Shown here: piece by piece, positions 25,624-36,575 of the stretch
Position numbering within the stretch: the first letter of the stretch is position 1
How the letters are laid out: every line of letters begins with the position of its first letter
Assembly: GCF_964204645.1 (NCBI RefSeq)
Contig: NC_134026.1
Span: forward strand, 705,950-769,949
DNA from: Tubulanus polymorphus
Lineage: Eukaryota > Animalia > Nemertea
Direction of reading: 5' to 3'
Length of the DNA stretch: 64,000 nucleotides
The notes under the pieces: generated by a model
What the model saw: the letters and a program-made list of their open reading frames with translations, nothing else
What the model was told of the DNA's origin: nothing
Database searches by the model: none
Made by a program: the position numbers and the translations under genes

Positions 25624-28600
25624 TCAAATTATACGGCCGAGAACAGCAACGTCCTCCGGGACGGGAACGAGGCTACCGGTGCAATCGAAGAATCCGAGCC
25701 TCGTGTAAAAATCGAATATTTGCCGATCTCCGACGCTGACCTCTGTGTGAACTCCGTGTGAACCGTTGGCTTTCAACGCGGCTAACACGCACGCTAGCAG
25801 ACGCTTGACAACGGCCGGGTCATCGATACGCTCCGGTAATATATCCATCCGGATCACAGACGGATAATGTTGATACAAACCGTCAGAAATCTGCATCTTA
25901 TCTTCGTATAAACTCATTATTATCTCCTATAAAAACAGCGTAAAGAACTTTAATTCAGTGTAGATGGCGCCCCTGCACGGTATCACGTTTTGAATGTTTA
26001 CATAATAGAAGCCAATTTTTTTCAAGGGTCACATATTCAAATATCTTAATTCTCAAGGACGGTAAACCAACAAATTAGTAACTGCAGTAGTAACCACAAG
26101 GGAGTTTTTACAGAAAACCACAATATTCATTATACAGTCAAACCCTGATATACCGCCCTCCCATATACCAACACCCCCTGCCTACCGCCAGGTTTTCTCG
26201 ATGTACATCTCTATATAAATAGTAAAACACCCCCGATATACCGCCATACTCTCTATACCGCCAAAATCATTCTGCACCGATGTGGACGGCATATCGGTGG
26301 TTGACTGTATATACTTTGTTGATTAAACTAGTGACTGAAGACATACCTCAGCTGGAGTAAGATCAGTTGTTGTCAGTGGTTTCGGATATTTCTCATGTAG
26401 TTTTGTCATGTATTCCTCCTCGATACGACTGTGTAAACTACGGACGTCTAGTGAGGCTAGAGCGTAACCTACGATCTGTGAGTTACTATCCTCGACGACG
26501 AAACAATACTGAGGGGATAACTGCAGAAACGCTCCTATCAACCTACAAATCGTAATCGAATATCAGTTAGTCCAGTATCTAACAGCAGTTCCTGAAATAA
26601 CTAGGGAAAACATGTAAAATTGGCAGGTATTCATTCTCTCCAGGGGCCGGTTGCAGTCATGGCTTAAGACTTAAGACCAACTTAGTTCTATAGCCAATCT
26701 AACAACTTAGGACCAGTCTTAAGATTTAAGAACACTTTTTGACTTAAGTCACGACTATGCAACTGGCCCCAGGTGGTAACTCATAAGATTGTCTGGTATT
26801 CACACTGTCCAGGGGCCCGTTGCATAGTCGTGACTTAAGTCCAAAAGTGGTCTTAAATCTTAAGACTGGTCTTAAGTTGTTAGATAAGCTATAGAACTAA
26901 GTTGGTCTTAGACTGGTCTTAAGTCTGAGCCATGACTATGCAACTGGCCCCTGGTGATAACTCATAAGATTGTCTGGTATTCAGCACATATTACATTCAG
27001 TATCTACTTTTAAGTAACATCCACTTAACATACATTCTATGCAAGTTATGTATCATCTAACGCTAGAGGTATACAGAAAAACCTCCCTTAGTGAATACCT
27101 CTATTTAGTGAACACCTCTCTATAGTGAACAATTTCTTTGGAACCCCAAGTGTTCACTATTGAGAGGTTATAATGTATCATAAAATGAACTCTTACTTGT
27201 CAGACATTAAGTCGGGATGTTGAGGGAATATGGCAGTACCATCCATTCCATCATCGCAAGTCAAACGACAAATAGAACGAACATGTTCCTAAATAAAAAT
27301 AACACGAAATATGAAACTGAGATAGAAATCATAAATATCGAAGGAAAGAGAGAGAGTTGTCTAGAAAATCCTACCTCATCCGGCGGCAAATACGGTCGAA
27401 TAGTGAATATCTTTGAATTTGGCTGATCGGGAGGTTTTAACGTGAACAGATCTAACGCGTTGTCCAATGGAAGCATACGCTGTAATAACGAGTCAATCAC
27501 GCAAATACAATATTAGTTCACACTGAAATCATCTGCATTCGTTTGATTAACCATCAAATAATCATTTACGATAATCATATACATCACAGATATAGGAGGT
27601 CAGTTCGATTATCTACAGCTCAGCAACGTTTCAGAAGAAATTGTCACTTTTCTGTTACAAATAAGAATATTATCTGCCCACTGCCAAATCTAATGACTGA
27701 ATATTTCAAATAATTGTTCATCGATTCTGGATCCAGTTTCACAGTTTATATCCCTAAGAATTTGACTCTGGATAAAAACACTGAACTAATTTCAACTCCT
27801 TAAATCAAACTCTTAATCGCGAACCGCGGAACTGGGTTCTGTATCTAACTAAGTCACAAAGCTGTGATTACTTCCAAAACACGCACCATAGATATTCGAC
27901 AAGACCATCGGAATAAACATGAATAATTTCATCCACAGCTCCACTGACATCCTGCGTACTGAATTTTCTCTGTTTGAAAAAACTCAGTTACTTCCACTGG
28001 TCGATTGAGAGTCCCCAGAAAATTATCATAAATCGTACAAGCAACATTAACGATTTGTTACTCAGATATTTGCTCTGAAAACTTCTGAAATTTCAAAACA
28101 TCGTTTTCAATCTCACAAACCAAAAGTAAGAACAATAGAACTCGCTTAATTCAGATTTTTCAAACCAGATTTTCACATAATACGGAAGAAATATTTGGTC
28201 CACTCAACCTGGAACCATGTAAACTATTATTCAAAATTCAGATTCTACTTAATTTGAATAATTCAGATTATATCTAATTTGAAATCTGTGCAATCTCAAG
28301 TCATCCGAAGTCAAGTGAGTTCTGCTGTGAATGGTAAAACTTCATTCAATAATCAGATATTCTCAAACAGAGCAAACATTTGACATAAAATAAGTTAATG
28401 TTGCTTATAACCGCTGCGCATTAAACGACCTTCAATTGATGTTGCAAGGTCGTTTAATATGAAATATACGTTCCTATATCTGAAAATACAATATTCATTA
28501 GCGAATTCTGAAATCATTTTGCCTCGCTGAAACATGATCTATTCCATTATACCCAGGAATAAATTTAGGAAAATAATGAACTGGCATATATCAAATACAC

Positions 28601-31600
28601 ATATTGTTTCAATGAACATTTCTATCTGTGAAATTTTAATTAAAAACATTTCATATCATAATTGAAGACATTTTCAGCGAGACAAAATAGACGCATGCGC
28701 ACACAGTGAGATGAGGCTGTCAAGAGCTGTGGAGAACTGAAGGAGGTTAAAAAATACAATATCAGAACCAGCTGCATCGGACATATACATACTTGGAACT
28801 CGGCCTGTAGGCCACCACGGAACACCCACGGTTCTTGGTCTCCACTCATAAAGGTTTCTTTATATCCTTTAGTACACCCTGCACAAAAATTAATGATTGG
28901 AAAAATTACGACATCTGAAGGGCCACTTACAGCATTTCATAGAGAGAGTGAGCAGTGATCCTCGAAGCATTCAGCAAATAATGGCAGAATCTTTTCAATG
29001 GTATCATTTTCAATTGTATGGAAAAATTTAGGCATAGCAGTAGCTCAAATTAAGGCCAGTCAGAAAATGAATCATTAATTATTAATTTTGCACGCGTTGA
29101 AAAAGTTATTCGATTAATAGAGCCATAAACTGATCCAGTAAACTAAGTGCGGATGATTCGAATGGACAGAAGGGTTTCTGATCTTACTGATTTCAGATGG
29201 TGGATTTAATTAATACAATTGCGAGGAGACTCTGCCACATTATTTGACATAAAACGATATAATCCGAAATGTTCCTATCCTAATAAGACGCCCTATTGCG
29301 CAGTCACATTTTCTAGACGCGGGGTTTGTTAAAAATGATTTTTGCTCGCACGCGCGCGCGCTCTGAAAAATGAAACCATGTTATCGACTGCTCAGATCTG
29401 TCTGAAACTTAAACGAGCATTTTGCAAACTATTTCCCAACCCTCAGGAATTCATAGATATAAACATGAAATAAAACCTCTCGATGCGCGGTCGAAATCTC
29501 AGCGATTAATTTTATCGAGCAGTTTTTTTTAATAACACGAGTTTTCAGAAGTTCTGCTCGTATAAACGAACGACGATGCGTTGTGCGGTTTATTTCAGTT
29601 TTTTATCTTTGAAGTGCTGAGTTTGTGGGAAATACCGTGCGTTTTCTTAGTAAATCCAGACACGTAATTTACTCATATATCGACGTGCCTGCCAGAAATA
29701 TATATATAGTTACAACCTGTTAAAAAGTAACAACGCATGTTAGTAAAACCGATATTTTCCCTATGACTCATTGTGTAACAGTTGTTTCACAGGGTTCTGC
29801 CGCGCGTTCCGCCGCGATCTCAACGACTGAAGCGTCAGTCGTGAACAAATGCGCATGTGACTTTAAAATCATTCCGTTCGATCAATGTATTAACTACCTA
29901 CCACACCGGGGACTAATAATAATTATGCGTGTGCGAGGATTTAGAATTTTTAAAGACATATTCTAGAGTATGTTTATGTTTTTTTAAATACGACGATCTT
30001 GCTTCGTTCGGTCGACCAAAAATGGAGAAAATAAATGTGTAGGAATAAAAATTCCTGTTTATTTGAACGTACAGGAAAAACTTCGCCTCATGTAACAAAC
30101 GCTGATATACGGAACTTGGCCGAGAGCTGTAGAAAAGAGAAGAAAAAGAGAAAATTATTAATATGTGCAGCGAACGAATCAATCAGTAGTAAATTCAATA
30201 AAATCGAAATATATCATGCAATTTTTCTCTTTGAAATACGACGTCGTTGAATTTCGAGTCAGAAAACTAATATTTGTGTTCATATCGTATACATCCCGTG
30301 GACTGAAATAAATCCAGCTTCATTTGCCACAGTTTTTCACGGAAAAAATTTACGAATGAAATCTTCACATCTTTTTCTTCGTTGCCTGAAAATCATTTTC
30401 TCACAAATGTAGTTATTCGATAAATCGCGTATTCATCACGAGTTGCTTTTGGTTTCATTAAAAAATATTTGTGCCCCGGAACATTACCGCCACTTTAATC
30501 TGATTACTTTTTACCCGGACGTGAACATTGTTTTCTTCGACACGAGATCTGATAAGAATCCAATTATTAACACAGTCAAGTACATAGCACATAGACAGAC
30601 ACTTCGATTATACCCATGATCGAGCAATCACAATAAATTACCCTGACTTTTAGCTCTTTTAAACAAAATTCCCAGACTATGAAAAGGTTAGTGGCCTCCC
30701 TGACTGATATAGCATCTCGCTCAAAAATAATCAATCTATCGAATGATTACATCTGTTCAGTTCACACATAACCGTTTGATGTCAATGCTTCAGTTTTCAT
30801 TTACTTATATTTTAGAACATAGAAATGGTAAAAATGCGTCAATGAACGTCTCGAAATCATGTTTCTATTCCACTTGAAAATGTTGATTTCATCGAGAAAA
30901 TTATTCTTAAAAAATGGTCGAAGCGGAATACTGAAAACACGCTTTCTGGACGCGCCATTTGAATTTGAGACAGAAATGAAATTTTGATATTTGCCGACAT
31001 CAAACTGGTTTTAATGAGGTACGTAGACATTTGCAGTGATACTCCTATCATATCCCACACTATTTCATTAAATCTTTATCTCTCCCTAACATATCTAAGA
31101 AGTTCATTTCTATTTCAGTTCAGGACTTTAAAGCCTCACGACGATGTTTTCAAATAGTACATGTGCGGGATAGAAATAAAAGAAGCATAACCGCAAATTT
31201 GCAATATTCCTCATAAAATAATTAAAATAAAAGTGCATGAAAAACGGTGGCAATTTTAGTAGCGCATCATTCCATACAAATATATACAATTCAAACAGAA
31301 ATCCTAGCTTTCTGTCAACAAACACTTCCAACATCACCAGCTGATTTACGATCGATAATTTAGACACGGATGTAGCTTATCGAAAATAACGCCCAGCGAT
31401 TTCGTCATCATTGTTAGAAATAATACAATCATGCGAAATTCGATATAAATAGACACAGGATTCACAGCTCTCCGAGCGATATTGAATGCTTACCTAACCA
31501 CTTGACGAACGAACTGAGTAATGATAGAATTCCTCTCATATCCCACACATACGGATACAGATCGTACAGAATTCCACGGTTCGGAATGTGGAATAATTTC

Positions 31601-34600
31601 TCCACAATGTCGGAGATATGTCGGACTTCGGCGTTAAATTCAGCAGCTTTTTTCCTCCACTCAGATTCCTAGAAACAAATAATGGAAACAAATGCAATAT
31701 TCTGACTCGATTATGTGATCCTGTTCAACGTTTATGAGTTAAAATTCAACCCTAGGGTTAAATATTTCGAAATGAGCTGATTTCTACTCATATCTAAGTA
31801 TGTCTATAAGGTTAAGAATGATGAAACTTATCCAGTTTATGAGATATTTGGCTGAAACAGCATATTCTATTTATTCATGTATAGGTGGACTGTAGATAGT
31901 GTAAGGATTAGATCAAAATTTCTATTAAACTGATTCTAGGGTTCTTACAGATCAGGGAATCCAAAATTCCCTTGTATCTCCCTAACCAATTCCCTGATTA
32001 GAATAGATGATATATCCTCAGTGGGATGAAAACCCTAAACCGTAAGAACCCTGCGACTCGGGACTCATATAATACAAACCTCCTGTTTCGTGTGAATACC
32101 GACAGCGTTTTGAATAACCAGGTGAGCGTTCGTTTTCAACCAGTGAAAATCATTGAGCAATTGAACGGCGCGCGGTCCGTGTTCATACGGCAAATAAAAC
32201 AAATCAACTAATAATAACACATCATCAGCAGTAAGTTTACCCTCGTGTCTAATACGCGATGTTTCTTCCATTCGATCGCAGCTCATTTCTTTATTATTAT
32301 CATCGACTTGCATTTCCTCGCAGCATTTCGCGGTCACCACCGACGACCCGTCGTGTGTGGCGTCCAGTTTCGAGCTGCACTCCATCGGTTCTAAATCGAG
32401 CTGATAATCGGGAGGAGGCGACGTGGAGCTGACGTCGGACTGCGCGTCGGTAAGACTATTAACCGGACCGATCGACGCCGGTTGAAGATACGACGAGTTT
32501 ATATCGGCCAATGAAACTAGTTCGTTGACGTTTTTAATCGGCGGGTGAAGATTGTTTTGCGTATTGTTCAGATTCGGTAAAACGTTTGTCGTCGGGGTAA
32601 CCGTCATGCACGTATTGACGCCCGTTTGAAAAGCCGCGTCCGGGATCAACATCGGTTTTTTCGGCTTCTTCACGCACGACGTTTTGACGACGTAGAATTC
32701 GTCGAGCCAGTCGTCGATAGCGACCTTTAACGCGTGCCGCGGGTTGAATGCATTGTTAGGTGAGAGTTTGTCGCAATAATCGGCGAAGTATTCGTCATTT
32801 TCAGTTTCCAATTTGATGTCAGAATCCACCGGGCTGCACACTACAATAACAACATTTATCTATTGTCTACAGCTCGACTGAGAATCAGAGCATGAAATAT
32901 ATCATATTATTACATTTCCATTAAATGAAGTTGAAAAAGTTTTCGCACACCCAGACAATCTGTACTTATTATCACCCAAACCTTGATCTCTAATCATACT
33001 TGAAGCTATAATATTCTTGGTACAAAGTTCAAATATCCAGTTTATCTTGTTTTTCTGTCAGGTTTTAAATATCTTTCTTAGTACTACAGAACTGAACTCA
33101 AACTCAGTTGAAGTTTTTAAAAATTCACATTTCGACTTCGAAGTTAAATAGTGGGATCTCATTTATGAGCGTCATGAAACTAGATCGAGACAAACATCAG
33201 TTTTAACTTTTCAGCCCTTTTTCCCGAATACTAAGATTAGCTCTTGACATTCTATGTAAAATTGCATGTGAAGATACAAAACACTGCCAACAGAATTTGT
33301 AAGTAGAAACTTCCAGTGCTGGCATTGAATACACTGGGCATATCTTAAATTATTCCTTAATCCTTTTTAGAATTTAAGATTCCCTGATATGAACACTGAA
33401 AAATAATTAAATCAACCGATATAAACTTACCTCGAACGACATCAGTGTTTGACTGGCTCCATTGTCCGAGCGTGTGGAATGCTATGAAATTAGCGTCGAA
33501 TTCGTTGTTCGGATTCGTCAGGACGCCGCGTAAATGAGGAATAATCTCCGGATGACGACCGTCGTACGGGCCGAGAAATAATCGTTTTTGGTCGTAATCG
33601 TTAGCGTGAATATTATCCCAAATAACGGGAGCGCGACGCAACACCGAACCAATCTCTTCTAATGATTGAACAGTGATGTTTTTAGAAATCACTTTCGGAC
33701 CTGTTGAAAATTATACAAAATTTATTTCACTACTTAATATGAAGGTGGGGTTTCAAAGCCAAATACATTAGATTTGAGGTCATTGATCATCGATTAATAA
33801 ACAGGATTAATGATTAAGTACACACGCACCCATGGCAGACAATATATAAATGTCGTATTGCTTGATGTCAATTAAAAAATATTTAGGACCGTAACATTGA
33901 AAATTTATGGCCAGTCTTCTAACTATCAATAGAATATTGCATTGAAACTCACCAGTCCACATAATATCAATACCAGGTAATAATTTAGTACCCAATGTGT
34001 TCAAGTATTCAGAAGTTTTGACATCCGGTACAGCCCTAGTTGAGCAATATTCTAGGGAAAAAAAATAATAATCAAAACATCGAATTAACTTTCCAGAAGA
34101 AATTCATCATATCACGAGAAATGGAAGACATACCTGTCGGACAAAATAAGAACTTTGATTGTCCGAGATGTTGATAGACTTCATTAGTAACGGAGACTTG
34201 AGCGTGTGCGAATGATTGAAACATTTCTTTATCGGCTTCGCACATTTCAATCTCGATGTCATCGAATAACAAAGCAAATGACGTGCAACCAAACTGATTC
34301 ACCTACAAATAATAACGAGTTTAACGCTTATTTTCCCAGAACTAATTTTTTAGCTCTGTTTTATTTTCGCACGGTGCTCCTGTTAAAACACCTCAGGGGC
34401 CCAGTTTCACAAAAAGGATTAAGACCTAAATCGATTTAAGATAAACTGAATTAATGAAGAAATTAAATCGATATAAGAGTTAAACCTTTTCGTGAAACTG
34501 GACCCAGCAGGAGACTAATCACAACTATGAGACATGAGCATCAGAAGCAGAATTCAGGAATAGTGGTTTGATTTCATCTTCAAAACTTTAATAGGAAGTA

Positions 34601-35703
34601 ACAAAAAATCTATGACGGATAAATACATCATGACGATAACTGAAGCGTAACAGTAAATGATTTTCCTACCTGTTCAAGTTTGCGTTTGAGGTAGGTAACA
34701 TCTTTCGTACTGGAAAACGTAATATCAATACCGGGAGAAAGGGCGTACACGAACGAGATACCGTGTTCAGAAGCAGCTTCTATTAAACTCGTTAAATGAT
34801 CGGCTTCTTCAACTGAGTATAAATCCCTCCAATAAACACGATGTTTACTGTCATCTTTTGGAGCATATAAATACGTATTCAAACCGAATCTCTGCATCCT
34901 AAAAAACAATTTCATTGTATTGAATTGACGGGTGATATTTTGCTAATGTGGCAACGTTCCTTTTTAGAGCTATTTTTCCGAAGGTTTATTCTTCATGAGC
35001 CATTCATACACGCTATAGCAGACAGCACAGTACTAACTTAAGATAATGGAGAAATTAAAATCGATTTAAGAGTTTGACATTTTATCGTCCTGGGTTATTT
35101 TCTACCTTTTGAATAACTCCTTGCGCTGATCTGTAGACCATGGTCGACCATAGAAACCTGAAAACATGGTGAATAACTTTGTACTTTTCCACTTAAAATA
35201 TGGCAATATCCATGAAAGAGGAGATAAGTGAGAAACAACATAACACAAAAAAAAACTCCTTCTATTGAAACACCAGATGCAGGTATAAATACGTTGTATC
35301 CTAAAGAAAACATGAAGAAGTTTATTAAGCTGTTTAGGGCGTGTCAAAATACATATATATGTAATGAGGAAGATTGTTGCCTTGCCCTTAGTAGTTTTTG
35401 GATTGATTGCACCTCCTCATTTGTAACTCAGGGAATCAATTCCTCTCATTGCATTTAGTTAAAACTACATTGATAAACAATGATTTGATTCAATAACTAT
35501 GAAAAGTGGCTCGCACAACACTAACAACAGTCGTCGTCCAGACCAGACCAGATCGAGGCTTGTCAAAATGTATTCGCAAGACGCCATTTTTTTACAAGGA
35601 AAATCCTCTAAAAATCGAATGTAAATTCACCTTCAACGACTCCGCAAAGAAAGTTCCCATTCAGATCATCGCCTTCTACGTTTTGAATCGACGTTCCTGT
35701 CAT
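25624..35703 (-). CDS. OGA: Protein O-GlcNAcase (GH84 domain, stalk, pseudo-HAT domain)
   Basis: FLCGVVE|[16 protein letters not shown], catalytic [43 protein letters not shown]-terminal [16 protein letters not shown]. Confidence 0.97.
26135..26307. mobile_element. Tc1/mariner (pogo/Tigger-like) MITE; related pieces at 27074-27176 and ~47748-47810
   Basis: TA|CAGTCAAACC ... GGTTGACTG|TA with internal TATACCGCC repeats. Confidence 0.75.
26644..26769. mobile_element. PIF/Harbinger-like MITE, copy 1
   Basis: TIR GGGCCRGTTGCA...TGCAACTGGCCC, CAG on both sides, internal CTTAAG repeats. Confidence 0.8.
26813..26950. mobile_element. PIF/Harbinger-like MITE, copy 2, internally inverted relative to copy 1
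   Basis: Same TIRs; interior is the reverse complement of 26644-26769 and 58885-59022. Confidence 0.8.
27731..27838. mobile_element. Harbinger-like MITE (second family); related element at 34397-34505
   Basis: CTG|GATCCAGTTTCACAG...CCGCGGAACTGGGTT|CTG; 34397 element CAG|GGGCCCAGTTTCAC...GTGAAACTGGACC|CAG. Confidence 0.65.
29673..29716 (-). other. Candidate stop-containing (poison or terminal) alternative exon of OGA
   Basis: Branch point TACTAAC (29745-29739), ctttttaacag acceptor, 44 nt reading (G)[13 protein letters not shown], followed by GTAAAT. Confidence 0.6.
30073..30126 (-). other. Candidate 54-nt in-frame cassette exon of OGA
   Basis: Long pyrimidine tract ttttctctttttcttctcttttctacag, phase 1-1 exon giving WL|[18 protein letters not shown]|W-CTKGY, donor GTACGT. 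Confidence 0.75.
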
Positions 35704-35843
35704 TTCAACTCTATATTCATTCCTGGCTGAAGCGAATAAATGTGAAAAATCTGCAAGAATTTACTGAAAATCCGTCGCATATGAGACTAATTTGTTTCCG
35801 TGTTCAATGCGCATAGCAATTACGCAGCGAAATCGAAGCTCAA

Positions 35844-35910
35844 CCAATCAGAATGCGGTTACTCTCTAGTCACGTGACAAATTGCGTCTGCTAACAGATG
35901 GCAGCACCAG
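35844..35910. promoter_or_regulatory. OGA promoter elements: CCAAT box, palindromic E-box GTCACGTGAC, CTCF-like site
   Basis: CCAAT 35844-35848, GTCACGTGAC 35869-35878, AACAGATGGCAGCAC ~35893; 140-200 bp upstream of the OGA ATG. Confidence 0.55.
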
Positions 35911-36429
35911 TTTATTAATTCAATTCAAAGAAGTTTATTCCGATTTAGGCTTTTTGTCACGCCAACAATTATTCATGTACAGTAGGCATGCAATAAAAAT
36001 ATTCTTTTTACTACGTAATGACTGAAGGTAAATGAAGCCGAGGACTAAATTCAGCCAGCGTTAAACCCGGAGTGTCCCAGCTCATGGAGTGCTCCATATT
36101 GATGGGCTTACAATATAGAATGTTTGGGCTATGAATATACCATTTGCGCCGGGGCCAACGGTCGATATCTCGTATCTCTTTGGAAGTTGACGTTCGGTGA
36201 CATAGGGTCGCGGGGATGACCGTCACTTGGCTTGACCCAGCGGGTGGCAAACTTGGGCCTGCTGGCGTAGATTTGATCGAATTTCTGTGCATTTTGACTT
36301 ATTCAAATTTGGCTCCCGATCCCGCGGCCACGGCGCGGGCCGAACCCTGACAGTGGTGGCGACTTGCTCCTACAGCGAAGAAATCGAGTCTTATTGTCAG
36401 AAACAAATACTCGAAGATAGTACTGAGTC

Positions 36430-36575
36430 GAATAAACACTATAATCCGTGTACACTGGTGCAGCCAGATAAATGAAATCCCACAAAATTCCACCAGATGG
36501 GCTCAACAGCCGAAACGTTGTGGTTTCAAATAATCAATTCTATCGTATAATTAAATTCGAATTGTGGGATTACTA
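36430..36575. mobile_element. Penelope-like pseudo-LTR remnant in inverted arrangement with a degenerate hammerhead
   Basis: gaataaacactataatccgtgtacactg...aaatcccaca shared with 63463-63512; ccac-cagatgg-gctcaacagcc-gaaacgtt-gtgg-...ttcgaattgtgggatt resembles the minus strand of 63500-63597. Confidence 0.6.

Noticed and set aside
36011-36506. ORFs in the GC-rich island, and telomerase RNA/RNase P/MRP/7SK identity
   Set aside because: No recognisable protein motif; no CUAACCCU template or conserved P4/7SK motifs found by eye
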